From an uncultured Erysipelotrichaceae bacterium (lineage in GTDB: Bacteria > Bacillota_I > Bacilli_A > RF39 > UBA660): a stretch of DNA of 64,000 bases. Positions 32,455 to 42,770 of this stretch are shown here, piece by piece. Numbering within the stretch: position 1 is the stretch's first letter; each line of letters opens with the position of its first letter. The stretch is from NCBI GenBank assembly GCA_902785135.1, contig CACZXL010000003.1, positions 2,281 through 66,280 on the forward strand. Reading direction: 5' to 3'. The notes beneath the pieces are model-generated. The model searched no databases and had not been told where the DNA came from. It worked only from the letters and a program-made list of their open reading frames with translations. The position numbers and the translations under genes were made by a program.

Positions 32455-33495
32455 ATGGGTAATATTATTTTAACAGGAGATAGACCAACAGGTAGATTAC
32501 ATTTAGGTCATTATGTTGGATCACTTAGAAACAGAGTTAAGTTACAAAATGAAGGAAATTATGATGAAATGTATGTTATGATTGCGGATTCGCAAGCATT
32601 AACAGATAATTTCGATAATCCCAAAAAAATACAAGATAACTTACATGAAGTTATATTAGATTATTTAAGTGTTGGATTAAATCCAGAAAAAGTTACTTTC
32701 TTTATTCAATCAGAAGTTAATGCATTAACAACTTTAACATACTATTATATGAATTTAGTAACTGTATCAAGATTACAAAGAAATCCAACTATAAAAACTG
32801 AAATAAAATTAAGAGGATTTGATGAAAGTGTTCCTGCAGGATTCCTTAGTTATCCAGTAAGCCAAGCTGCTGATATAACAGGATTTAATGCTAATATTAT
32901 TCCAGTAGGTGATGATCAATTACCATTACTTGAACAAACTAATGAAATAGTAAGATCATTTAATAGAATATATGGTGAAACATTAAGAGAATGTGAAGCA
33001 TATCTAGAAAAAGATGAAAAAGCTCAAAGACTTCCTGGAATAGATGGAAATGCTAAGATGAGTAAAAGTTTAGGAAATGGTATTTATCTAGCAGATACTC
33101 CTGAAGAAGTATATAAAAAAGTAATGAGTATGTATACTGATCCAGATCATATTAAAATAGAAGATCCTGGAAAAGTAGAAGGTAATATGGTATTTACTTA
33201 TTTAGATGTGTTTGCGACTGATGAACAAATAAGTAAATATTCTGATTTTAGTTCATTAGAAGAGATGAAAAATCAATATAGATCTGGTGGACTAGGAGAT
33301 GTAAAAATTAAAAAAGTATTATATGAAGTATTAGAAGAATTACTAGAACCAATTAGAGAAAAAAGAAAATATTATGAAGAACATATGGATGAAGTAGAAA
33401 AGATATTAAAAGAGGGTACAGAAAAAGCAATTAGTAAGGCTAATGAAACATTAGCAAATGTTAAAAAGGCAATAGGAATAGATTATTTTGAATAA
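32455..33495 (+). CDS. trpS: Tryptophan--tRNA ligase
   Basis: TGDRPTGRLHLGH, YPVSQAADI, KMSKS. Confidence 0.97.
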   Translation: MGNIILTGDRPTGRLHLGHYVGSLRNRVKLQNEGNYDEMYVMIADSQALTDNFDNPKKIQDNLHEVILDYLSVGLNPEKVTFFIQSEVNALTTLTYYYMNLVTVSRLQRNPTIKTEIKLRGFDESVPAGFLSYPVSQAADITGFNANIIPVGDDQLPLLEQTNEIVRSFNRIYGETLRECEAYLEKDEKAQRLPGIDGNAKMSKSLGNGIYLADTPEEVYKKVMSMYTDPDHIKIEDPGKVEGNMVFTYLDVFATDEQISKYSDFSSLEEMKNQYRSGGLGDVKIKKVLYEVLEELLEPIREKRKYYEEHMDEVEKILKEGTEKAISKANETLANVKKAIGIDYFE

Positions 33496-34528
33496 AAAAG
33501 TAAGTATAATTGTACCTGTCTATAATGCTGAAAAGTATCTTGATCGTTCTATCAAATCATTGTTAGAACAAACATATGATAATTTAGAAATAATATTAAT
33601 TGATGATTGTTCAACTGATAATTCAAAAAAAGTAATTCAAAAATATGCTTCATCAGATAACAGAATTAGACCATTTTATAGTGAAATAAATAATGGTGTT
33701 AGTAGATCTAGAAATATAGGTTTAAAATCCTTTACTGGAGATTATGTATTCTTCATGGATGCAGATGATTACATTACTAATACTGCTATTGAAAAAATGG
33801 TGAAAGCTTCAGAAAAATATAATGCTGATGTAGTAGATAATTATCATTTAATTATCTACACTAATAAGAATAAGAATTATTATTTTACAGAAAACAAAAT
33901 ACCAAAAGATATACTTGTTATGGGCAATTTAAAAAATAATATAGATGTATTAACAAAAGCCACTTATATAACAGGTAAGATTATTAAAAAAGAATTAGTT
34001 GAAGGTATGACTTTTGATGAAAGTCTAAGAAGATATGAAGATTTAGTTTTTGAACATCAATTAAAAGTAAAGATAAATAATATGATATTTTTAAATGAGC
34101 CTTGTTACTATTATTATCAAGTATCAGATTCATTAATTAATACATTAGGAGAAAAACATATTGCGTATTTAGATGCTGCTAAAAAAGTAATAGATGTTTA
34201 TAAAGATAATACAGAAGAAATTAAACAAAGAATAGAAGCTTTATTATTTACTAATGCCTTTTTAACAGGTGTTTCTAAAGTAGTTAAAAATGATAAAAGT
34301 TTAGAAGATAATACTTCGATTTTAAAAGAATATATAAATCAATTTGATTCGTTATTTTTAACATGGAGAACAAATAAGTATATAAATAATATAATAAGAA
34401 AATATGTAATTAAATTAATTAATAATGATAAAAAAATATATAATTTAATTAAAAGAACTAGAAATATTGATTTTATAAAATTATATTTTAAATTCTTATC
34501 AATTAGATATAGTTATAAAATTAAATAA
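33488..34528 (+). CDS. Glycosyltransferase family 2
   Basis: SIIVPVYN, IDDCSTD, FMDADD. Confidence 0.92.
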   Translation: MNKKVSIIVPVYNAEKYLDRSIKSLLEQTYDNLEIILIDDCSTDNSKKVIQKYASSDNRIRPFYSEINNGVSRSRNIGLKSFTGDYVFFMDADDYITNTAIEKMVKASEKYNADVVDNYHLIIYTNKNKNYYFTENKIPKDILVMGNLKNNIDVLTKATYITGKIIKKELVEGMTFDESLRRYEDLVFEHQLKVKINNMIFLNEPCYYYYQVSDSLINTLGEKHIAYLDAAKKVIDVYKDNTEEIKQRIEALLFTNAFLTGVSKVVKNDKSLEDNTSILKEYINQFDSLFLTWRTNKYINNIIRKYVIKLINNDKKIYNLIKRTRNIDFIKLYFKFLSIRYSYKIK

Positions 34529-34551
34529 TTTGTACAAAGGGGGTGTACAAA

Positions 34552-35253
34552 ATGGCATATGTTAATTCATTGTATTTTACATTAAATGCAATAAGAATAT
34601 TTAATCATTATAAAAAGTATTTAAATGATGATATGAATAATAATTATAGAATATGTCAAATACTAAGTGAAGATATTATAAGAAGTGCTAAGATTAATTA
34701 TATTGTTGAAGGAAAAGATAATGTGTCTTTAGATGAACCATTTTTAGTTGCTTCAAATCACGTAGGTTTTTTTGATATAGCTGCGTTATGTTGTGCAGTT
34801 GATAAACCTATGCCATTTGCGGCTGCTAAGGAATTGATGGAAAACAAAATAATTAATAAGTATATTGAATCTATTCACTCTGTTTTAATAGATAGAGAAA
34901 CAGAAGATGTAAAAGCTATGAAAGATCAATTAGAATTAATGGAAAAAGCTATAAGTACAACAGGATTATTATTATTTCCTGAAGGAGAATGTAGTTATGG
35001 TGAAGGAGATATAAAAGAATTTAAAAAAGGTGGATTTATAGCGGCAAGAAAAAATGATATTTCAATAGTTCCAACTTATATAGATTATAAAAAGTTTAAA
35101 AGAATGGGTAGATTAATTGTTCCTCAAGAAGAAGTAAAAGTAATATTTGATAAACCATTTAAACCAAGTGATTTATCAGAAAAAAGAAAAAGTGCACTAG
35201 AATTAGCGCAAATAACAAGAAAAAAAGTGTTAGATTTAAGAAATAAATATTAA
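34552..35253 (+). CDS. plsC: 1-acyl-sn-glycerol-3-phosphate acyltransferase
   Basis: NHVGFFD (HxxxxD), FPEG, FKKG. Confidence 0.85.
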   Translation: MAYVNSLYFTLNAIRIFNHYKKYLNDDMNNNYRICQILSEDIIRSAKINYIVEGKDNVSLDEPFLVASNHVGFFDIAALCCAVDKPMPFAAAKELMENKIINKYIESIHSVLIDRETEDVKAMKDQLELMEKAISTTGLLLFPEGECSYGEGDIKEFKKGGFIAARKNDISIVPTYIDYKKFKRMGRLIVPQEEVKVIFDKPFKPSDLSEKRKSALELAQITRKKVLDLRNKY

Positions 35254-35301
35254 ATTATTGCATTTTTAATAAATTTATGTTAGTATTGTTTATGTTTGAA
35301 A

Positions 35302-35331
35302 AGCAATCCGCTTACCAGGTTAATGATTGCT
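35302..35331 (+). promoter_or_regulatory. Probable L19 ribosomal-protein leader hairpin
   Basis: AGCAATC..GATTGCT stem containing TCCGCT, directly upstream of rplS. Confidence 0.5.
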
Positions 35332-35364
35332 GGTTATAAATATATAGAGAAAGGAAGTACGAAA

Positions 35365-35724
35365 ATGGATATTATAAGAGAAATAACACAAAAACAAATT
35401 AATCCTAATGTACCTGAATTTAGAGTAGGAGATACTTTAAGAGTAGACGTTAGAATTATTGAAGGAAATAAAGAAAGAATCCAAGCATTTGAAGGTGTAT
35501 GTACTGAAAGAAAAGGTGGAGGAGTTTCTGAAACTTTCACAGTAAGAAAAAAATCTTCAGGAATTGGTGTTGAAAGAATATTTCCTGTTAATTCACCAAA
35601 GATTGACAAAATTACAGTTGTTAGAAAAGGTAAAGTTAGAAGAGCTAAGTTAAGATTCTTAAGAGATAAGATCGCTAACTACAGAATACCTGAAAGAAAC
35701 AAAAATGTAAAAGAAACAAAATAA
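35365..35724 (+). CDS. rplS: 50S ribosomal protein L19
   Basis: [29 protein letters not shown]. Confidence 0.97.
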   Translation: MDIIREITQKQINPNVPEFRVGDTLRVDVRIIEGNKERIQAFEGVCTERKGGGVSETFTVRKKSSGIGVERIFPVNSPKIDKITVVRKGKVRRAKLRFLRDKIANYRIPERNKNVKETK

Positions 35725-35790
35725 TGTTTCTTTTTTCTTTTATTTAAAATGGTTAAGTGTTATAATTTATATGTAAATAGGAGAAAAAAT

Positions 35791-36315
35791 ATGAATGATA
35801 AGACTAAAAATATAATTAAAGATATATCTAGTTATGTAATAGTAATATTAATAGTAGTAATTATAAGAGTATTTATATTTGATCCAGTAAGAGTAGATGG
35901 TCCATCTATGGATACTACTTTAGCGAACGGACAAATATTAATATTAGATAAAATGTCTTATAGAAAAAAGGATATAAAGAGATTTGATATTGTTGTTATT
36001 AAATTAGATAATAAAAAAATAATAAAAAGAGTTATAGGTTTACCAAATGAAGTAGTAGAAGTAAAAGATAATACTATCTATGTAAATGGAAAAGAAATAA
36101 ATGATCCATATGCATCTACTGATACAGATGATTTTGATATGGGTAAAATTGGTTTAATTAAAATACCAGGTGATTCATATTTAGTAATGGGTGATAATAG
36201 AGAAGTATCACTAGATAGTAGATATGCAGAAGTTGGTACTATAAAAAGAGAAAAAATATTAGGAAAAGCAACTTTAAGAGTATGGCCATTTACTAAAATA
36301 GGAAAGGTTAAATAA
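35791..36315 (+). CDS. lepB: Signal peptidase I
   Basis: GPSM, IKRVIGLP, GDNR.VS.DSR. Confidence 0.95.
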   Translation: MNDKTKNIIKDISSYVIVILIVVIIRVFIFDPVRVDGPSMDTTLANGQILILDKMSYRKKDIKRFDIVVIKLDNKKIIKRVIGLPNEVVEVKDNTIYVNGKEINDPYASTDTDDFDMGKIGLIKIPGDSYLVMGDNREVSLDSRYAEVGTIKREKILGKATLRVWPFTKIGKVK

Positions 36316-36316
36316 T

Positions 36317-36631
36317 ATGAAAGAATATATTATAGTAACAACTTTATGTAATAAAAGAGAAGTTGCGGATAAAATAATAAATAATTTATTAGAAAAGAAT
36401 TTAGTCGCTGGTTCACATCTATATGAAGTAGAATCTAAATACTGGTGGGAAAATAAAATAGAAACTGAAAAAGAATATAAAATAGATTTTAGAACTAAAA
36501 GAGAACATTTTAAAGAAATAGAATATGAAATTAAAAAGATACATGATTATTATGTAGCGGAAATATCTGCGGTTAAAATAGAAACTGCTAGTAAAGAATT
36601 TTTAGATTGGATAGATGAAACTGTAAGATAA
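36317..36631 (+). CDS. cutA: Divalent-cation tolerance protein CutA
   Basis: S.YWW..KIE...E, HDY.V.EI, FLDWI. Confidence 0.85.
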   Translation: MKEYIIVTTLCNKREVADKIINNLLEKNLVAGSHLYEVESKYWWENKIETEKEYKIDFRTKREHFKEIEYEIKKIHDYYVAEISAVKIETASKEFLDWIDETVR

Positions 36632-36683
36632 CATATTGATTATGTTATCTTTTTTTGTTAATATATTAAGCTGAGGTGTAAAA

Positions 36684-37997
36684 ATGACAGAAGCAAGTAC
36701 AGTTAATGCATTATTTTTATTAACAAATAAATTAAAAGATCAAGTAAAAAGAAAAGGTTGGCACGATAGAAAAATTAATAGACATAGAGTAGAAAGTGTT
36801 GCGGATCATATATATGGATGTCAAATGCTTGCGTATGCAATGAACTCTGAATTTGATTACGATATAGATATTGAAAAAGTAATATTAATGCTTTCAATTC
36901 ATGAAATAGGTGAAACTATTATAGGAGATGTAGCGCCTTATGATATGCCAAGCAAAGAAAAATCAGAAATAGAAAAAGCTGCAGTTAAAGAATTATGTTC
37001 TATGATTCCTAATGGAGATTTTATATTAGATTTATTTAATGAATTTGAAGGAAAAGGAACTCCAGAAGCACAATTTTGTTATTTTGTAGATAAAGCAGAA
37101 TGTGATTTACAAGCTAAATTGTATTCTCAAGAAGGATGCTTTGATCATATGGGTGATAGAAATGAATTTGTTAAAAACTTTTTAGGATATGATATGAAAA
37201 AAAGAGGTTTTGATAGTAATTTCTATTCTGTATTAGAATATGCATCAAATAATAACATGGTTATAAAAGAACATCAAGATAATAATCCTATTCAAAATGT
37301 TATTAGTTTCTATACTTTAACTAATTCATTAAAGGATAAAAAGAGAAAAGGGGAAGAAATCTGGAAGATTAAAAAAGAAAATTATGGAAGTGTTGGAGAA
37401 CATATTTTTAGTACTCAAATGCTTGCGATTTTCACATACTTAGTATATCAAAGAGATATTGATATAAAACATACTATATCATTATTAAGTACACATGAAT
37501 TAGGAGAAAATATAACAGATGATATATGTGCATTATTAAAAACAGATATAGATAGAAAAAATGAATTAGAAGCTGTTAAGAAAGTGGCTAGTATTCTTAC
37601 CAAAGGAGATTTATTAGTAAAACAATATAAAGAATTTGAAGGTATACCTGAAAAAGAAATAGTAAATGAAAAAAAGGAAAAAGTTGTAAGAACAAAAGAA
37701 TCTATTTATTCTAAATACTGTGATAAACTTGCGCCAGATATTATTAGTAAAATATATGATCAAAAAAATTTAATAGATCTAGATAATCAAGAAGGCAACC
37801 CAACATTAAAAGATGAAACAGTTAAAAGACATCTAGATTCTGGAAAATCATTCTCAGATATGTGGATATTATATGGACAAGAAAAATATAAGTATGAAGA
37901 GCCATTTATGACTATATCTAATCATGCATTAAATAATAGGTTAGATGAACCATATACACTTAAGTTAAAACAAAAAGGATTTTCTAGTTTAAGCTAA
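36684..37997 (+). CDS. Tandem HD-domain protein (two HDDC2/YfbR-like domains)
   Basis: R.GW..ESVADH..HEIGE..GD..DK, repeated as RKG..SVGEH..HELGE..D..DK. Confidence 0.82.
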   Translation: MTEASTVNALFLLTNKLKDQVKRKGWHDRKINRHRVESVADHIYGCQMLAYAMNSEFDYDIDIEKVILMLSIHEIGETIIGDVAPYDMPSKEKSEIEKAAVKELCSMIPNGDFILDLFNEFEGKGTPEAQFCYFVDKAECDLQAKLYSQEGCFDHMGDRNEFVKNFLGYDMKKRGFDSNFYSVLEYASNNNMVIKEHQDNNPIQNVISFYTLTNSLKDKKRKGEEIWKIKKENYGSVGEHIFSTQMLAIFTYLVYQRDIDIKHTISLLSTHELGENITDDICALLKTDIDRKNELEAVKKVASILTKGDLLVKQYKEFEGIPEKEIVNEKKEKVVRTKESIYSKYCDKLAPDIISKIYDQKNLIDLDNQEGNPTLKDETVKRHLDSGKSFSDMWILYGQEKYKYEEPFMTISNHALNNRLDEPYTLKLKQKGFSSLS

Positions 37998-38123
37998 AAA
38001 ACTATTTACAAAATTAAATAGATTTGTTATTATCATTTTAGCGGACGAATTATTGACACATTTTTGTATGATTTATAAAATCGAGAAAAATGTGTTTTTT
38101 GCGTGTGCTAGAAAGGAGTGTAA

Positions 38124-39104
38124 ATGTCATACATCGTTGTTGATGGCATAAGTAAAACCTTTAAAGTAAGTAAACGTTCTAGTGGAATGAAAGCTGCTTT
38201 AAAGTCATTTTTCAAAAGAAATTATGTATATGTTGATGCTGTTAAAGACATATCATTTTCTATTGAAAAGGGTGAAATTGTTGGTTATATAGGTCCAAAT
38301 GGTGCAGGAAAAAGTACTACTATCAAGATGCTTAGTGGAATTTTATTACCAACCGCTGGAAACATAAAAGTAAATGGTTTTAATCCATTTAAAGATAGAA
38401 AAAAATATGTTTCTAATATAGGTGTTGTTTTCGGGCAAAGAAGTCAATTAGCTTGGGATATACCTGCGGAGGATACATTTGATCTACTTAGGGATATCTA
38501 TAAGTTAGATGATAAAAAGTATCAAAAGAATAAAGAGGAACTAGTTAAACTATTAAATATTGAAGAAATAATAAAAAAACCAGTTAGAACACTTAGTTTA
38601 GGTGAAAGAATGAGATGTGAAATATGCGCATCATTACTTCATGAACCTAAAATATTATTTCTTGATGAACCGACAATTGGTTTAGATGCTGTGAGTAAAA
38701 AAATAGTTAGAGATTTTATACTTAAAATCAATAAAGAAAAGAAAGTAACTGTTATTTTAACTACTCACGATATGATGGATATTGATACTCTTGCTAAAAG
38801 AATTATATTAATAGGTAAGGGTAAAATATTATATGACGGCTCACTTAAAAAACTAAAAACAGAATATGGAAGTTATAAAAATATCATAGTAAAAACAGAT
38901 GATACTATTAAAGAAATCAAATTAAAAGGAATTATAAGTAAGAAGAAAATAGATGGAGGATATAACTTAATAATTGATTCTAATTTAGTTACTGTATCTA
39001 AAGTAGTTAATTATTTATCTAAATATCATATAACTGATTTAGATATAGATAATGAACAAATAGATGATATTATTTTAAAACTATACGAAGATTATAAAAT
39101 ATGA
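38124..39104 (+). CDS. ABC-2 exporter ATP-binding subunit
   Basis: GPNGAGKSTT, LSLGERMR, LFLDEPTIGLD. Confidence 0.93.
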   Translation: MSYIVVDGISKTFKVSKRSSGMKAALKSFFKRNYVYVDAVKDISFSIEKGEIVGYIGPNGAGKSTTIKMLSGILLPTAGNIKVNGFNPFKDRKKYVSNIGVVFGQRSQLAWDIPAEDTFDLLRDIYKLDDKKYQKNKEELVKLLNIEEIIKKPVRTLSLGERMRCEICASLLHEPKILFLDEPTIGLDAVSKKIVRDFILKINKEKKVTVILTTHDMMDIDTLAKRIILIGKGKILYDGSLKKLKTEYGSYKNIIVKTDDTIKEIKLKGIISKKKIDGGYNLIIDSNLVTVSKVVNYLSKYHITDLDIDNEQIDDIILKLYEDYKI

Positions 39105-39907
39105 AATCTTACTTAAACTTTTTTAAATTAAGAATTATAACTAATTTACAGTATAGAGCAGCTGCTCTTGCAGGAATATCTACACAGCTATTCTTTGGTT
39201 TTGTTTATATAATGGTTTATTTAGCGTTATATGAATCAAATAAAGGTGTAACTCCTCCAATGAATTTATCTTCTATAGTTACATATTTATGGTTACAACA
39301 AGCTTTCTTTGCTTTAACTTTTCCATATACTAAAGATCAGGAATTATTAAACATGATCAAAAATGGTAATCTAGCATACGAATTAATAAGACCTCAAAAC
39401 TTTTATTTTAAATTTTATATTAAATTAATCGCAAATAGAATGGTCGCAGCGTTTTTAAGATCTATTCCTATATTATTAATAGGATTCTTATTACCAGAAC
39501 CATATAAATTATCTATGCCTAGTAATATTACTAGTTTAATTATATTTATAATAGCGTTATTATTTGCGTGTTTACTTGTAACTGCGTTATCTATGATTAT
39601 GCATTTATTAACTATGTATTTTCTAGATGCTAGAGGAGTGTCTAGTGCGTATAATGTTATAGCGGATTTATTTATGGGTGGAATAGTACCATTACCGTTC
39701 TTTCCTAAATTCTTACAAAATATCGCATATAAATTACCTTTTAGATATATAAGTGATTTTCCATATAGAGTATATTCAGGAGATATAACTATTATAGTAG
39801 GTAAGAATATGTTGATAGGTAGTTTTATATGGATAATTATAATAATAGTAATAGGTTTAATAATATCTAAACATGCCTTAAAAAAGGCGGTGATTCAAGG
39901 TGGTTAA
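39101..39907 (+). CDS. ABC-2 exporter permease (DUF990 type)
   Basis: QYRAAA, GNLAYELIRP, ends IQGG. Confidence 0.88.
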   Translation: MKSYLNFFKLRIITNLQYRAAALAGISTQLFFGFVYIMVYLALYESNKGVTPPMNLSSIVTYLWLQQAFFALTFPYTKDQELLNMIKNGNLAYELIRPQNFYFKFYIKLIANRMVAAFLRSIPILLIGFLLPEPYKLSMPSNITSLIIFIIALLFACLLVTALSMIMHLLTMYFLDARGVSSAYNVIADLFMGGIVPLPFFPKFLQNIAYKLPFRYISDFPYRVYSGDITIIVGKNMLIGSFIWIIIIIVIGLIISKHALKKAVIQGG

Positions 39908-40679
39908 ACTATTTATACAAAGTATTAAATTAAGTATTAAAAGTCAAATAGAATATAAAGGTTCATTTATATTAAATGGTATAAGTCAATTATTTATATT
40001 CTTTACTTATTATTTTATGATAGTTGCGTTATTTAGTAAGTTTAATAATATAAAAGGATTTACTGTTTATGAAGTATTGTTATGTTTTTCAATAATACAA
40101 TTTGGTTATTCAATAACAGAAACATTTTTTAGAGGTATAGATAAATTTGAAGATCTAATTATAGATGGTAGTTTAGATAGATTCTTAGTTAGACCAAGGG
40201 GAATATTATTTCAAACTTTATGTAGTGATGTAGATTTTATTAAAATATTTAGAGTTATTCAATCAGTAATAGTTCTTATAATTTCTTTGATTAATTTAGA
40301 TATAGTATGGAATATTAATAAAGTAATAGTACTGATATTATGTTTAATATCATCAATTCTAATATTCTTTGGATTATTTGTTCTTACTTCTTCTTATTGT
40401 TTTATAACACTTCAAGGATTAGAAGTAAAAAATGTATTTACTGATGGAGGTAAATATATGGCACAGTATCCAATAGGAATTTATAGAAAAGGAATAGTAT
40501 TTATATTTACTTTTATAATTCCATATGCATTTATAAATTATTATCCATTATTATATTTCTTAGATAAAACAAATAACACCTTATATATGTTTTCACCATT
40601 ACTAGTACTAATATTTTTAGTACCTTGCTTATGGTCATTTAAAATAGGTTTAAAGCACTATAATAGTGCGGGTTCTTAA
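39900..40679 (+). CDS. ABC-2 exporter permease (DUF990 type)
   Basis: G.LDRFLVRP, QYPIGIY, ends YNSAGS. Confidence 0.88.
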   Translation: MVKLFIQSIKLSIKSQIEYKGSFILNGISQLFIFFTYYFMIVALFSKFNNIKGFTVYEVLLCFSIIQFGYSITETFFRGIDKFEDLIIDGSLDRFLVRPRGILFQTLCSDVDFIKIFRVIQSVIVLIISLINLDIVWNINKVIVLILCLISSILIFFGLFVLTSSYCFITLQGLEVKNVFTDGGKYMAQYPIGIYRKGIVFIFTFIIPYAFINYYPLLYFLDKTNNTLYMFSPLLVLIFLVPCLWSFKIGLKHYNSAGS

Positions 40680-40730
40680 AGCAGATTAATTTCTGCTTTT
40701 TTTGTGGTATAATTAAATAGAGGTGTTATT

Positions 40731-41432
40731 ATGCTAGATAAAATACCAAACAATTTATTATTAGAAGATTATTTAGATAATGATTATATAGATTCTAAAT
40801 TTGTTACTATTCCTAAAGAATCAGGAATAATAGTAGAGATGAAATATCCATTATTAGAAATGGAAAATTCTATTAATGAATGCTTAATAAGAAAAGAAGT
40901 ATTAGATCTTTTATTAGAAGCTAAAAAGAATTTACCAGAAAATATTACTTTTAAAATATGGGATGCTTATAGACCATATAAACTTCAAGAAGAAATATTT
41001 TTAAAGTATAAAGATATGATTATAAAAGACTTTAATCTACATGATTTACCGATTGATAAACAAAATAAAATAATAAATAATTATGTTTCATATCCAAATA
41101 AAGATGAAGTTTTATGTCCTCTTCATACAACAGGTGGCGCAATAGATTTAACACTTTTTAATACAGAAACAAATGAGAATCTAGATATGGGTATAGAATT
41201 TGATGAATTTTCAGATCTAACAAATACAAATGCATTTGAAAATGAAGGAATGGATGAAACAATAAGAAATAATAGAAGAATGCTTTATAACGCAATGACT
41301 AGCGTTGGTTTTACAAATTTACCAACCGAAGTATGGCATTATGATTTTGGTGATAGAGCGTGGGCTTATTATAATCATAAATATGCATTATATAAAGGTA
41401 TTCTTAATAAAGAAGACGTAATAAAGGAGTGA
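40731..41432 (+). CDS. D-alanyl-D-alanine dipeptidase (VanX/DdpX, M15D)
   Basis: WDAYRP, HTTGGAIDLTL, LDMG..FD, EVWHYDFG. Confidence 0.9.
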   Translation: MLDKIPNNLLLEDYLDNDYIDSKFVTIPKESGIIVEMKYPLLEMENSINECLIRKEVLDLLLEAKKNLPENITFKIWDAYRPYKLQEEIFLKYKDMIIKDFNLHDLPIDKQNKIINNYVSYPNKDEVLCPLHTTGGAIDLTLFNTETNENLDMGIEFDEFSDLTNTNAFENEGMDETIRNNRRMLYNAMTSVGFTNLPTEVWHYDFGDRAWAYYNHKYALYKGILNKEDVIKE

Positions 41433-41436
41433 TAAC

Positions 41437-42024
41437 ATGTCAATTGAAGAATTAATATATATTTTAAAAACTAGAAGTCCTAGCACAATAATTAGGGAAA
41501 GTGAAGAAGAAGTATTTGAATTAATTCCTGAATTAAAAGAATGTAAAGGCTTTGATCAACATAACGAAGAATGGCATCCATATGATGTTTATGAACACAT
41601 ATTAAGAGTAGTTGATAATGTAGAAAATGATGAAGTATTAAGAATGAGTGCTTTATTTCATGATTTAGGAAAACCACAAACATTTGAATTAGATAAATAT
41701 GGTATAGGACACTTCCGTGATCACTGGTTTATATCAAAAGATATATTTGAAGATTTTGCGGAAAAACATTCGTATGATAAAACTAAAGCAAAAGAAATAT
41801 CTAATATTATTAGATTTCATGATTTAAATCTAGGAAAAGTTGATGGAAAACTTAAAGAAGAAGTTATCAATTCATTTGATAAAGAAGGAATAATAAAATT
41901 ATTTAAATTAAAAAGAGCAGATCTACTTGCGCAAAGTAAAGAAAAAAGGAAACTATTAAAGGATTATGATAAACAGGAAAAAGCTTTTAAGTTGATTTAT
42001 GAAAGGAGAAATAAAAATGAATAA
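41437..42024 (+). CDS. HD-domain protein (resembles the C-terminus of CCA-adding enzyme)
   Basis: IPEL..C.GFDQ..WH.YDVYEH, ALFHDLGKP, HF..H. Confidence 0.82.
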   Translation: MSIEELIYILKTRSPSTIIRESEEEVFELIPELKECKGFDQHNEEWHPYDVYEHILRVVDNVENDEVLRMSALFHDLGKPQTFELDKYGIGHFRDHWFISKDIFEDFAEKHSYDKTKAKEISNIIRFHDLNLGKVDGKLKEEVINSFDKEGIIKLFKLKRADLLAQSKEKRKLLKDYDKQEKAFKLIYERRNKNE

Positions 42025-42304
42025 TCATATTATAAAAGTAACAAGATTAAAGAAAGTATTTGGTTTTGCAATACCATTCACTTTATTTATTGATGATAAA
42101 GAGATAGGATCTTTATCAAATGGAAAGACATTTGAATGTGAAGTATCAGAAGGTACTCATAAAGTAGTTATTAAATCTTTAGAAAAAGATTTTAAAGAAG
42201 AATTAACTCTAGATGAAGAACATAAAAATGTAGAAATAACAGTAGTAGCAGCTATGGGATTAGTAGCGGCTAGACCAAAATTAAAAGAAATAAAATATTA
42301 TTAG
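42017..42304 (+). CDS. Small beta-rich hypothetical protein
   Basis: AAGGAG RBS; IDDKEIG.LSNG...EV..GTH pattern. Confidence 0.7.
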   Translation: MNNHIIKVTRLKKVFGFAIPFTLFIDDKEIGSLSNGKTFECEVSEGTHKVVIKSLEKDFKEELTLDEEHKNVEITVVAAMGLVAARPKLKEIKYY

Positions 42305-42312
42305 GAGAATAT

Positions 42313-42705
42313 ATGTATAAAGAAGATATTGAACTAGCTAAAAAAGCTAGATTAAATGCTTGTTCACCATATAGTAATTTTGAGGTAGGGACAGCACTTA
42401 GAACTAAATCAGGTAAAGTATATACAGGTTGTAATATAGAAAACCATGGTATACAAGGAATATGCGGTGAAAGAACAGCATTTGCTAAAGCTTTATCTGA
42501 AGGAGAAAGAGAATTTAAATCTATTACTATAGTAGGAGCGAAAAAGAACGAAGAACCAAAAGGTAAATGTATGCCTTGTGGTTATTGTAGACAATTTATG
42601 AGTGAATATGTAGATAAAGATTTTAAAATAGTTGTAGTTAATGAAGATGATTCAGTAGAAGAATACACTATTGAAGACTTACTTCCACATAGTTTTGATT
42701 TTTAA
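42313..42705 (+). CDS. cdd: Cytidine deaminase
   Basis: PYSNFEVG, GCNIEN, CGER, PCGYCRQ. Confidence 0.93.
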   Translation: MYKEDIELAKKARLNACSPYSNFEVGTALRTKSGKVYTGCNIENHGIQGICGERTAFAKALSEGEREFKSITIVGAKKNEEPKGKCMPCGYCRQFMSEYVDKDFKIVVVNEDDSVEEYTIEDLLPHSFDF

Positions 42706-42770
42706 TAAAAAAAATATGTATTATAACAATTGATATGTTATAATACTTTTTAATTGAAAGAAGGAAGAGA

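Noticed and set aside
40731-41432. Vancomycin-resistance cluster
   Set aside because: Only a lone VanX/DdpX-like dipeptidase; no vanH, vanA/B ligase or vanRS nearby.
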